Both the position numbers and the translations under genes were made by a program. A stretch of 64,000 bases of DNA from Dipteris shenzhenensis (taxonomy: Eukaryota), in NCBI GenBank assembly GCA_047967505.1, contig CM106538.1; one strand, 5' to 3'. Of the stretch, positions 50,846 to 63,429 are shown in pieces; the stretch's first letter is position 1; every line of letters starts with the position of its first letter. Under the pieces are notes generated by a model that worked only from the letters and a program-made list of their open reading frames with translations, ran no database searches and had not been told where the DNA came from.

Positions 50846-51519
50846 GATTTGACTTACTATCACGAGCAAGAGCGACAAATAAGATTTGACTTACGAGAAG
50901 AATGAAAAAGACTTACGAGAAGAAAGTATCGAGAAGAATGTTGAAGAAAGTATCAAGAAGAATGTTGAACACAAATTTGAATTCAAAAGGAATGTACGAG
51001 AAGAAAGTATGAGAAGAATGTTGAACACAAATTTGAATTCAAATTTATAATGAATTCAAATTTCCCTCTCTTTTTTGAAAATTCAAATTTATGCGTAGGA
51101 GGAGTGGGCTAGTTTTTCTCATATATACTTTTCTTTCCATTCATTCATTCTAATTCTCTCCTCATTTCATTGAAGCAACCAAGAGCGGAAGAGAAAGGAT
51201 AAGCGGAGCCTTACTTTTTTCACTTTTTCCAGGTACTTGCATTCTTTTTCATTCGTCTTGTAATTATTTTTCTTTACTTACAATTCTTTTTCAATTAGTT
51301 TCTTGTTAAAGTTTTTGAGTTCTATTTCTTAAAATTCGTCTTGTAATTCTTTTTCTTTACTTACAATTCTTTTTCAATTAGTTTATTGTTAAAGTTTTTG
51401 AGGAGGGGGGTCTTTTAGAAGGCATTAAAATTCTTTTTAAATTAGTTTCTTATTTGAGTTTTTGAGTTCTATTTTAATTAGTTTTTTATTTATATTTGAG
51501 TTTGTAAATTTGAGAAATG

Positions 51520-52205
51520 AGAGAATAGGGAGGGAGAGAAAGAGAGAGGAGAGAGGAGAGAGGGAAAGAGAGAAATTAAGAGAGAGAAGAGGGGCTCTTA
51601 GTGGCTGTGGCCGCCAAGAGAGAGGGAGAGAGGGAGAGAGAGAGAGAGATTCACAGAGAGAAGAGGGGCTCCTTAAATGAGAGAGAAGAGTAGGGAGGGA
51701 AAGAAAGAGAGAGGAGAGAGGGGGAGAGAGATTAAGAGAGAGAAGAGGGTCTCCTGAGGGCTATGGCTACTTGAGGGAGGGAGAGAGTAGGGAGAGAGAG
51801 GGAGAGAGAGAGAAAGAGAGAGAAAGAGAGACAGAGGGAAAGAGAAAGAGGGAGAGAGAGAGAAAGAGAGAGAGGGAGAGAGAGGGATTAAATTAGTTTC
51901 TTATTTGAGTTTTTGAGGGGGCTGTGGCTGTTTGAGGGAGGGAGAGAGTAGGGAGAGAGAGGGAGAGAGAGAGAAAGAGAGAGAGGGAGAGAGAGAAAGA
52001 GAGAGAGAGAGGGAAAGAGAGAGAGGGAGGGAGAGAGAAAGAGAGAGAGGGAGAGAGAGGGAGAGAGAGAGATGTTTATCAAAATGAAATGTGGCGAGAG
52101 GAGAGAGGGAAAGAGAGAAATTAAGAGAGAGAAGAGGGGCTCTTCGGGGCCATGGCCACCAAAGGGAGAGAGAGAATGGCAGCAATGAGAGAGAAAGAGA
52201 GACTC
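51520..52205 (+). repeat. (GA)n-rich low-complexity tract
   Basis: GAGAGAGG/GAGAAA repeats with GTGGC/GGCC interruptions. Confidence 0.85.
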
Positions 52206-52215
52206 AAAGACCTTT

Positions 52216-54160
52216 GTGATGCCTCCTCCTCAACCATCAAAGTTTCCAGAGCTGCAAAGTGCATTGGAGACTCTTTCATATACTTGGGAGCAATTTCCTA
52301 GTGTGGTGGCAAAAAGGATGCATGCAAAGATAATGTTTGAGTACTTTCAGGATGCAGAATATGCTCCTCATATTCAAGGATCTTCACATGAAGGAGATAA
52401 AAAAGCTCAGACTTCGATGCAGGGACAAGAAGAACAGGCACACTATCATAAACGTGTAGAACATGAGCGCAAACTTCTAGACCAAGAAATGGTGGATGTA
52501 ACTAAGGATGATGAAAAACAAGCCTTGAGTGCATGGGAATTAAAAAAAATTGAAGAAGATCAAGGTCGATCCACTGTAGTTATGTTGGAAGCTCTTGCTA
52601 GCAAACCACGATGTGAAATGCAAAAGGCTAGTACTGCAAGAGCCACGGTTCCAAGTGGTAAAAAAAGACATCGTCCCACTGTAGATAGAGATAATGTGGA
52701 TGAAAAACGGTTAAAAGAAGAGAAAGATGAAGAAGACTCAGAACCCGAGGCTGAAGATGATCAGGATGAACTCACATCAATCAAAAATCTTAATCTACGT
52801 CTTAATGAAGCAGTTATAGATGATGATGTGGGATATATCTGGGGTCAAAGGACGTGGTTTGTGAACGCCAAAGATGTGGAAGCTGCAGCTCTCTTTACTA
52901 ATAGCCGAAGCCTTGATATATCCTATGCAATGCAAATATACGAGGCTTTGAGAGATGGTAAGAAACCTGTGGCAAGCAATGTGGTCTTGCGCCCAATAAT
53001 GTTTTGTCCAACCAAAAATAGTTTTTTCTAGATCAAATAACATTTACAGGGCCTACACATTTCGAGGAAACCTTCAGTCGATTCTTTAAAGACACTCTTA
53101 AAAATATTCCACATGAACAAGGCGAAGAGGCACAAGGTGAGAATATGCTAAAGGAAGTAAATAAGGAATTCCTCCTTCATTGCAGATTCCAGCCCATTGA
53201 TGGTCAACATTGGGCTTATGCTTGTAATCAGATCGCAAGGGAAGCAAAGGAGGGAAAAAGACTCACTCTAGAACAATTTGCAAAGATAAGTTCATTCCAT
53301 TACTATCCTGCAACAATCTGTATATTCAAGCATGAGATCAAGTATTTGATTGAGTGCGAAAGACTTAATCATTATGTCCATGGAAAGCGTAAGATATCCT
53401 CAACATCAGAGGTCTTACAGAAGGCAAGTGTTATATGGACAACATTTGGTTCTCCAAATCCTGATTTGAAGCGAAAGGTCACAAAAGCAGACGCCGACAC
53501 ACTCACGAACTTCTATACTTCTTTGAGTGCAGTTGTGCCTAGGGGAACTCAAGAGCGAGAAGAAAGTATGACAAGCCTCAAGGTAGTGAGGGACAGATAT
53601 GCCGACTACACTTCTATCATATTTCATCTTGTTGAAGTGTTCAATGAGATGCTTGAAACGTGCATTGCTTGTGAGCGTGGACAGTTGACCTATGAAGCTC
53701 CTTTGTTTATCTCCGGCAAGTCAAAGGTAATGGATAAGAAGGAGTTGACGGCAAGGATGTGGAGGCCTATAAAGTACTTACCTGGTAAGTATGCATCCAT
53801 GGCAGCACAAAAAAGTTTAAAGAAAGAATGGTTTTTTGGAAGAAAAGACAAAGACCACTGCATGGAAGAATGCATCAATGTACAGGTGAGGCGTGATGCA
53901 GTGCATAGTGCCATTAAGTATTTGTTGTCAGAGAAACAAATTCCACTTACTCATTGTAACATTGACTATAATGTGGTGAAGCATATAGCTTCTTTGTCAA
54001 CACCCAAGGTAAAGCTATGGGCAAACAGGTGGATTAAAAAGGATGAAGATGGGTCAGAATAGTAACCTCTTATATGAGAAAAGAAATCCCACAACAAGTG
54101 GTTGCATATGTGGAAATATTAATCAGCGAGATAAGGATGCCGACAGATATGCACCAAAGC
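52216..54160 (+). pseudogene. ParB/Srx-like (DGQH motif) protein gene, frameshifted and 3'-truncated
   Basis: SRSLDISYAMQIYEALRDG..VVLRP and FQPIDGQHWAYAC; the two ORFs join by a frameshift at the T-run ~53022-53027; truncated by Copia C at 54161. Confidence 0.55.
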
Positions 54161-56157
54161 GTTCGGGACATGAAATACATTAGACAAGTATTTATTTTTC
54201 CCATCCTGCATAGACAAAGGAATTTTGCCAATCTGCACAATAGGATGTGCAGTATCATCACCAGTCTCCACAAATCCTGGTTTTTCCATTTTCCTTGCAT
54301 CCTGCATCCATTCAGCATGACCTGTCATGTGGTTTGATGCACCTGAGTCAACATACCACACATCATTGCTTTCTTCTGCACTTGTCACAGAATTTGTCAT
54401 ATGCTGTACCATAAACAAATGCTCATTTCTGTCATCACCCTGTCTACTAGAGGATGCATAATTGCCTTGCTGCAATTTTCCATTCATAATGTCATTCTCC
54501 TTTTTGTAGCAGTCTTTAGCCATATGTCCCATTTTACCACAGTAGTAGCATTCAACATTGCTGTTTGCATTTTGGCCTCTCTGCCATCCACCACAACCTC
54601 TTTGGCTCCCCCTGCCTCTAGAGTTACCACGTCCTCCTGCATAGGACTAGTTTTCTTGAGTTTGCTGCATATTCTGATTTCTACCACAGCATCTAGATCG
54701 GCCTCCTCTACCTCTGCCTCTACCCCTTCTAGCATTTGAGTAGAAGACAGTTTCTTTTGAAGTTCCTCCTGAAGAAGATGCACCACTATTTCTCTGCTCT
54801 TCAAAAATTAGAAGAGCAATCAACTCCTCAAAATCAGGAAATTTTTCATGGATGGCAATGGATGTTCGGAACTGTGCATAATCCTTTCCTAGACCATTCA
54901 AGGTTACAGAAACTAAATCGTCATCATCCACTGGCGACCCAATGGAAGCAAGTGCATCCGTAATTTTCTTCACCTTCATGTGGTAGTCATTGATGCTCAT
55001 ATTTTCTCTCTGCACATTGTGCAGCTCCTGCTTGAGCTGCATTTTCCTGGCCTACGTATTTGTGCTGTACATTTTAGCCAAAGTATCCCATGCCACCTTT
55101 GGCATACTTGCATCCTGAATATGCACAATCATTGAATCTGAAATACTGATAGACAGCCAGTACATAACTTTTCTGGCTCTCTCATGCCATCCTTTAAATG
55201 CCTACATTTCCTGTTGATTGGGAACATTTGGAAGAACTGGTTCTTCTTCATTTCCTGTAATGAGCTCCGAGTAGCCTTTTCCCATAAGGAAATTTGTCAT
55301 TCTAAACTTCCATGCTTGGAAGTTGTTCTTGTCAAGCTTTTCAGTGACAATCTGTGAAAGAGAATCAGACACCATTACAGAACACTGCAAAATATTCTGT
55401 CATTGTAAAAAACACAGCTTCTGCCTCACAAGGGCAAATCTGCAAACCTGACGAAAGTGGTTTTTGACCACATAGTCACTTCCTAGTGACGATTTTGCAT
55501 CAACAGGCAATAAGGATGATTCTGCAACTCCCAATATCTCTACGCACAGGCATACGATGCAATTTCTACAGCAACTTTTCACCGACCGAGGGCTTCGCCC
55601 TCTCTCGCAGCATATAATGCACTCTCGCCACACCGCGAAGGGTGTCTCAATCTGAGACAGTGCACTCTTGCACTTCCGGCTATGCTACCTGTAGAGATTT
55701 GCTCCCAAACTCGAAAAAGGAAAGCAACACTGGTCCTCTTACCAGGACACTGCGAACTTGGTTTGCTTTCTTGAGCTCCTTACCACGAACAAGGCTTTGA
55801 TACCATGTGAAGATAGTGGGAGAGAGGGAAGGAGTCTCACTTGAGGCTTTGTCACAAGCACAATGGGGGAATACACACAAAGGTGGAGGCTGAAAACAGT
55901 TTTTCTCTTCTTAGTTGTGAAAGCCAAAAGAACTCTAGTACAAAGAAATAGAAGAACCCTATATGTGGGTCTCAAACCAAACTCAACTAACTAAGGTGGC
56001 ATACTGACTGAGCCACGAACTAGTGTAGATAAGGATAGCTGTCATCCAGCTATTATTCGTGGGTGGTGTACCAACCGCATCTGTAGCTAACAAGTCGGTG
56101 ACATAAATGCACAACGGTCACCCTGGCATATCACGAGTGGAGCTCAATATCTCAATA
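54161..56157 (-). mobile_element. Truncated Copia element C (same family as A): 5' LTR, PBS, gag, protease
   Basis: LTR 55806-56157; PBS ends at 55805; gag and WYVDSGASNHM match A. Confidence 0.95.
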
Positions 56158-57290
56158 GCATGAGGCCTTTGATATGAAAGATTTGGGACTTGTAGGTCAT
56201 ATTCTTGGTATGCGCATCGCGCGTGATCGGAGTAGGAAACTCCTTTGGCTTTCACAAAAAGAGTATGTTACAAAAGTATTGCAACGTTTCAATATGGAGG
56301 GCGGGAAGGCAGTGAGTACTCCATTGCCTCCATATGTGAAACTGAGTCATACAGATAGTCCCGAATCAGATGAGGAAAGGGCCATGATGGCCAAGGTTCC
56401 TTGTGCATCAGTAGTTGGGAGTCTTATGTATGCTATGATAGCTACTATACTAGACATTGCATTTGCAGTGGGAGTTGTTAGCCGGTATATGGCTAATCCA
56501 GGAAAGAGGCATTGGGAGGTAGTTAAGTGCATCATGAGGTACATGAAGGGTACCAAGGAGATGTGCATCTGCTTTGGTAGAGGAGGCATGCGTGTACTTG
56601 GGTACATAGATTCAGACTATGTAGGGCATGTGGATAGTAGGAGATCCACTTCTAGTTATGTGCTCACCTTTGCAGATGGTGCAGTGTCATGGATGTCTCG
56701 CGCACAGAAGTGCATTGCTTTGTGTACCACAGAGGCTGAGTATGTTGCAGCCACAAAGGGTTGCAAGGAGGCTATATGGCTTGATCGGCTAGTGGGAGAT
56801 TTGGGGATTCATACAGGTGTACCGACATTGCATAGTGATTCCATGAGTGCTATTCAGCTAGCACGGAATCCGGTCTTTCATGCAAAGACCAAACACATTG
56901 AGGTCAGGTACCATTTCATCAGGGAGGTACTTGAGGACAAGCACATAGAGCTTGTTAAGGTTCACACAGATGATAACCCTGTAGATATGCTGACGAAGAG
57001 TCTACCTAGTCAGCAGTTTGAGTATTGTCGTGTATTGATGGGCATTGGATAGTATGCTCACTAGTTGTTCTCCCTTAAAGGCACATTTTCCTTTAAGTGG
57101 GAGGTTGTGGGGGTTAAAGGTCACTGTGCCTTTACCTTGGTTATGTACAATACTCAAAACACATATATAAATGAATGAAAAAAGAAGATTAGGGTGGTTC
57201 TACACCCACCAAAACTTGTGTGGCTCTCTGTCTCTCTCTCTCCCTCTTCCGTTCTTGCTTCCGTTGAGAGCACTCTCATCTTCTTCAATA
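56158..57290 (+). mobile_element. 3' remnant of a different Copia (Tnt1/Tork-like RT-RNase H, PPT, short LTR)
   Basis: ORF 56174-57052 MKDLG..ILGMRIARDR..LWLSQ..KTKHIEVRYHFIRE; PPT AAGTGGGAGG 57095-57104; TG at 57106; LTR end approximate. Confidence 0.85.
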
Positions 57291-58297
57291 AAGTCGGGTA
57301 ATTCTTGATCGTCATTGTATTCCTCACCATCTCGATCTCCATCTTCCTCCTGTATGATGTCATTTATATGTGCATCTCCCTCTTGGCCCATATTGTGATC
57401 TTCATCTTCTTCACTAGATCCATGTGGATCAATTGGATCCAGCATTGGTAGTGGCATCTCCATATCTACATCTCTATCTTAAAAACTTTGTTTACTTCGT
57501 TGTGCAACTTGGATCACGTCCGACCATCTTGGATCAGAATGATCCAAATGAAAAACCACTTATAGTGAAGATGGGTGTCAAATGCCATCAATTATATGAA
57601 TTTATGTTTAAGTACATGTACCAAATTGATCTTTAAAAATGAAATGTTCGATTAATTAAATGATTAGTATGCACCTACTCACAATGCTTGGGAAGAACAA
57701 AAGTATCACTTTCATCGGTTCAAAGTTTGGAGTCTATTGCAACTTTGAATCAATGCGTTCCATGCAAAAATGTTGTCTATATGACCATAATGCACTGTAC
57801 TTTTTGTATTGCAAAAGGGCATCATTAAAACAATGAGGATGCATCTATTTTATATTGTATATTGCCACAAATAATTACTTAATTACGTCAAGAGGTAAGA
57901 AACTTACATGCATTATACATCTAGATGATAACTCTCCTAGATGATAACTCTCGCTCATGCTCATTTATTGCCTCTCCATTGCATTTAGCTTTACATAGAG
58001 CCAGTTGTAGCAAATCAACTGACATGCGAGTGGGGAGAAGGGCGAGATCCTGTGGATATGGTTGCGCTCGCGTGTGCATTACTCTGAATGGTGTCCAACC
58101 ATGAGCATAGAGGCAAGCTCTCATAATCAAACACTGGAAATGCTTGCAGGTCAAGATCATGCCGAGCAGTAGCAAGCCTCATAGCAACAAGGCACGATGA
58201 CAAATAAACTTATTGTTGTTACTAAAGTGGAAGGTGATGAGGTTGTGGATGACAAAGTGCATGCCCAAGGTGATATTTTTGGAGCGGCATTGTGCAC

Positions 58298-59100
58298 TGA
58301 AGAAAGGGCCAACAAATCCCATCAAGAATATAGATTAGCTTGGACTCATAAATAGAATCTTGAGTGATTGTGCATTTCTTCTCTTATACTTAACAATACA
58401 TGATAGGCCTCTTATATAAGGAGTGCCCTTTGAATAGTCAACCATGTGGGATCCTCTCATCCACATCTCTCCTTGTGGATATCCTCAATCCACATCTCCA
58501 CATCTTGTAGTCCACATCCTAGGGTGGCTACTTTAATTCTTTCCTATACCATACCTTAGCCCTTTAATCTATGTGCTCATGGCACTATATCTCTCAACAC
58601 CTCTCCTTGGTGCCATGACCCTTTGGCTACTGCAAGGTGGTTAGATGTGAGTTACATTCCATCACCTCCCCTTAGTGCATGCATTGCTACTTAAGATGGT
58701 CAAGTGTGGCTTTTACATGTCAATACCTCCCCTGGGTGCTTTCATAGCTACAGTCAGGTGGTCAAGCTTGATTTACAAAATATAGGCAAGGTTGGCAAGG
58801 TATTTGTTTCTCAATACATTCCATTGATGTCACCTTTTGGCTCATGGCTTGATGATGATGCTATGCAGTTGACTTGCTAGTTCTTCAATATGCAATCTTC
58901 TTCCTTGTGTATCTTCATGCATGATGCTTTGTTCTTCCATGTGCCTTGATGCTTTATGTGTGGATGCCATGCTTCATGCTATGGTCATCTCATGCACTTG
59001 TGCTTTTGTTATGCTTATGACAATGATGTGTGCATTCATGCTTTGATTTGTCATTTGTTGCAAAGGTCTTACCAATTGATTTCTTTCAATATTGGCAATG
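58298..59100 (-). mobile_element. LTR retroelement 3' remnant (LTR ~58298-58599 plus PPT-proximal region)
   Basis: Minus strand AGGAGAGG|TGTTGAGAG at 58599-58607; TATA-like CTTATATAAG; extra PPT-like copies; boundaries uncertain. Confidence 0.5.
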
Positions 59101-59440
59101 TCTAATTGCTAACAATGATTTTGATCTAATAAGCACGTAGATCTAAAAAAGAAGATCACTTTTCCTTTTTGGAGCATGTCCAAATTCATCATGGATTGCA
59201 AGTTACGCCTTGTCAAAGTTTTTGTGAAGAAGAGGGCATTTGATGATGTGGCACAGGGATTCACATGCTGAATTCCATACTGTGCTTAGTAGGGGCTATG
59301 TGCTTAGGTGGGACTGTGGTGATGTGGCACTTTTAACCAACCCCATAACCTTACCATGGCTATGTTTAGCCTTACTAGAGTCAGGTCTTATCTGCCATGT
59401 GGCAAAACTTTGACCACACTGCCTAACTAATCGAACCTAA

Positions 59441-59464
59441 CACCTATTTCATTAATTTTGGACT
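59441..59464 (+). mobile_element. Putative DNA-transposon terminus (24 bp), copy 2
   Basis: Identical to 21694-21717; precedes a region with an Ulp1-like gene and a transposase fragment. Confidence 0.55.
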
Positions 59465-59941
59465 AGTGCACTATCCAAATTCATTTTGTGAGATAATTTT
59501 GGATAAAGCATTTCAAAAAAAGAGGCTCTTATAAAACAAAACTTTGAGTCAAAAAGTAAGATTTTAAAAAAGCAAATTAGAAAAAATGACGTGACATGTT
59601 ATTAAAACTAGAGTACATTAAAAAAAGAGGACTTCATGTTGTTAAAAGAGACAAAAAGTAAGATTTTAAAAAATCAAATTAGAAAAAAAACCAGAGTACA
59701 TTTAAAAAACTAGAGTACATTTAAAAAAAAGCATGACACATTTGTACAAGAAGTAGATCATATAACTCAAAGCCATATGGTGTTAAAAAACACCTTCCAT
59801 TAGCTCAGCCTAGAAGATGTCATCTTTGTCTTTCTTGTCTACTATAGTTACTTTAGAAAACACATAAATCTATGGAATTAAATTTCACAGTTACTTTAAA
59901 TTTCTATGGAATTAAATTTCCATCACTTGACTATTAAGTCA

Positions 59942-60398
59942 TTAGAGAGAGCATATGTCCTCGAAAGTGCCTACTATGGCATTGGCTTCATGAAAACAAG
60001 TAGACTTTAAACTTGCAGGCCATGCGTAACCAGGGCTGGCATCACAAATCTCCTCACAGACTCTCCTCACAACTTGTTTCGAATCTTCCGTCGACTTGTA
60101 AGCATTCAACAACTCTTCTTTTCTCTCTTGGCTTTCCTCATCTTCACCATTTTTTTCAATACAGCTTCTAGCCACCCCCATATCCTGTACGAAAATTTAA
60201 CTCGTTCGCATAAGAAGTATGTGATTAAAAGAAGCGAAAAAGAAAGCTAAGGATATTCACCTCTTCTGCTAAGTTCAAATCAAGCAGCCATGTGCATAAC
60301 ATATCCTCCTCGAATGATTTTCCCTTCATTGGTCCATACAAAAAAGATCTAAGATAGAATTTGAGTTCAGTAAATGAAGTCAGGTAGTAACTAGTCAT
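59942..60398 (-). CDS. Small two-exon hypothetical protein (~126 aa)
   Basis: Exon 60398-60261 and exon 60184-59942 join in frame (..LAEE|DMGV..) across a 76-nt GT..AG intron. Confidence 0.55.
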
Positions 60399-61180
60399 TG
60401 TCTTAGAGGGAAAGTGGGAGAAGTAGAGTGAGGGAGCAATAGTGAGGGATGCACAGTGAGCTGCCCCTCCTTCAAGGGTGATATAAAGTGAGGGAAGACG
60501 TAAAGTGAAAGATGAATACAAGTTAATCAGAAGGACTAGGATGTAAGAAATAAGAGAGTGTTTGTGGAAGGACTACGATGGAAGATTACAAGTGCACTAA
60601 GGCACGATGTGTTCGCTATGATAAGGATAAGGGTTGGAATAAAGTGAGAGAAGCATTGGAAATGCTCTACTTTAAGTGAGTGGAGACTGTCCAATTGAAT
60701 AAAATTTTGCAGAGCATTGGGAATGCTGTACTTTAAGTGAGTGGAGCATTGGGAATTGATACTTTGCCATGAAATATATTACAAATATTGCATCATCACA
60801 TATTCATATCAAAATTCTCATCACAAAAGGTTATATTTCCTAATAATCACATCATCACACATTCATATCATAAAATTGTGTGCATGAAATAAATATATAA
60901 ATATCATGACTAAATGCCACTTAAGTAATAAGTCAGAAATTGGTGTATAATCAATAAAAACTACATCATGATTCATACATTGCAACAAATAAATGTCAAC
61001 CATAATATTCATGGAGTAAACAACATCATGAGAATATGCTCCTCATGCATATATACAAACACAACATCATACATGCATCACAACTCTTTTGATGCTTTCA
61101 ATGGAGGCTGTGGTGCTCTAGATGTATACTCTTCTTCTGTAGTATGTAGTGCTTTTAGAGTAGACTCACTATCCTCTTCC

Positions 61181-62044
61181 TTAAATGCAACCGGAGGCTG
61201 TGGCAACTCTTCTGATGCTTCCAGTGGAGGCTGTGGTGCTGTAGGTGTACACTAAGTCTTCCTTTGTAGTGTGCAGTGCTTTCACAGTAGACTCAGTCTC
61301 CTCTTCCTTAAATGCAAGCTCTGATATTGCTTCATTTGCACGTTGTATTCTAATGGCAGCAATTAGGTCTCGAATGATTTCAGCCCTAAACAATTGTATA
61401 TCCTCCTCTGAATATTTGAGCTCCAAAGAGTCTTCTGATGAGATCTGTGGCTTAAGTGAGAAAATTTCTTTGAAAATCAACATGCAGTTGTAGGCAACTC
61501 TCCACCCACAACTATGCCCATCTTCCTGCTCTACTACTAAATGCTTTTGGAAGTCTACCAAGTCTTTGTACTGTCTTGTTTCTCTGATAGCAGATACCAA
61601 CTTCTCAATCGACCTGCTCATCATGACATATTAAAAAAACTTAGTGTGTCTATTACATAAGGTACATAATATAGAAGTAACAACAGATTATAGAATACTT
61701 ACATTTGCATGAGCCATGAAAGCCTGCAATCGAGTTAACAAACCAACAATAGTTGTATTCAAGGTCCCAAACCACTAGACTCCAATGTTCCCTACACGAA
61801 TAATTAAGAACCATTATTATTTAACACAATGTTGCTAGTATAAGATGAAAATAAAGGTTGCCATGATACTTACATCTCGTGATATGCCATAAATAGGACT
61901 CACACGCCATGTAAATGTAAAGGCTGTAACCATTTACAAACATCGGCTATTGTCTTTCTGCTATCGCTAAGTATAGGAGAAAGGAGGGAATCCAACATAT
62001 ACACACGGTTTTATACGGCTGTACCAAATCGTGAGATAACTATA
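61181..62044 (-). pseudogene. Ulp1/C48-like cysteine protease gene (three exons, 5'-truncated)
   Basis: Exons ~62044-61874, 61791-61703 and ~61629-61181 give VLFMAYHEM|EHWSLVVWD..FVNS..EQEDGHSCGWRV; GTAAGT donors; internal stops; last acceptor damaged. Confidence 0.75.
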
Positions 62045-62074
62045 CTGCACCAACAAATAAATGAATATTAGCTT

Positions 62075-62507
62075 AAAGAGACTAATATTTATGTAATTGT
62101 TGCTACTATAGCTTGCTTGCGAAGGACTCTCACAAAGGAGATGGCTATAGATTTTGTTCCAGGGATGGATGTGATTTTATGTAGCAAAAGAGAAGTAGTT
62201 GCATTTGCTACAATCCATGATAGTGATCCCAATTCAGTTTGCCACTTTCGAAGACTTGGCGAAGATAAGGTGGCAGTTACTGTATCAAAGATTCTTAGTG
62301 CACATGTTGAGCTAAAGTATAAATGTGGAGATATGGAAACACTTGGAGATGTTATGCCCTACAATACATCCAACAAATCATTTATAGCATGGGACAAAGA
62401 TGAGACTTATGCACTAGACATTATCAAGAATACAAAGTGCACCACCTTGGATTTTACTATAGGGGACATTTCACAAATGAGATCATTTGCAAATAAGAAT
62501 GTAGCAG
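62075..62507 (+). pseudogene. Inverted copy of the transposase first large exon (N-terminal part)
   Basis: Reverse complement of ~26067-26499; near-identical peptide RRTLTKEMAIDFVPG..RSFANK. Confidence 0.92.
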
Positions 62508-63429
62508 TTTTTCAAACAAGTACTTATCAAATGGGGATGCCACTTTGCACACAAGTTAATACTGCCTAGGTTGAGGAATGTGCAAAGTCTTGTGTCCATT
62601 GGATATGCTTTGCATAGTCAATCTCACATTATACACCATTTTGTTCCTAGTGTTATGCACAATCATCATAAAATACGTTTGGAGGTGTGTTATCCGAACA
62701 AGTACTTATGGGATGGGTGCACCACTTTGTATGCAAGTCAATACAACCTAGCTTGAGGCATGTACAAAGTTTTGTGCCCATCGGAGAAATGTAGATGCGA
62801 TAATATTAGAAAATTCTCGGTATGTGTATATGTGTGTGTGTGTGGCAAACAATTTTGATACAACAAAGTAAACACCTAGTGCACAAATTATGCACTTCAT
62901 ACCTTCAGTAAATAAGCTTGTTGATGAGGATAAATACACCCTTGAATAAAATCACAGTTGTTGTATGACCACTATAGGATCGCTTTGACACCTGTGATTT
63001 TGCCCACATGTAAGTTTGCAAATAGTATAAAAAATCATATAATAATATATTAATAGTTTGCAAATGTGTATAGCAAGTGAGTAATGGGAAGTGGAAGTGG
63101 GAGTGAGGAGCGAGGAGTGGAATGGGAGAGGGAAGTAATAGTAGTGTATGATAATAAGTATAAAAAATAGTATAATAATATATTAATAGTTTTCAGATGG
63201 CAAGTGAGTAATGGGAAGTGGAAGTGAGAGTGGGGAGGGAAGAATGGAATGGGAGAGGGGAAGGTAATAGGGGAGTAGGATAATAAGGGAGTGAAATGAG
63301 TGAGGGGAGTTAATAGGGGATGAAAAAGAGGAGGGTGAGATGGGGAAATATGGGATTTTAGGAAAGGGGAGGAGTATGGGACGTGGTGGAAATGTGGGAT
63401 GGGAGTGGTGGCAATGGGGGAGGAAGAAG
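62508..63429 (+). repeat. Direct copy of the satellite edge and flanking DNA (47596-48451)
   Basis: Same diverged monomers, GGAGAAATGTAGATGCGATAATATTAG junction and GA-rich flank; ~60 bp of extra sequence near 62840-62900. Confidence 0.92.

Noticed and set aside
48074-52185. Pro-rich or Gly-rich ORFs (extensin/formin-like)
   Set aside because: Several frames on both strands are open because G/C runs lack stop codons
57200-58260. Acidic ORF and possible spliced gene remnant
   Set aside because: Fragmentary, partly overlapping an LTR, with no recognisable domain
21694-59464. The two 24-bp motifs as the paired TIRs of one intact element
   Set aside because: They are in the same orientation and their flanks give no matching TSD
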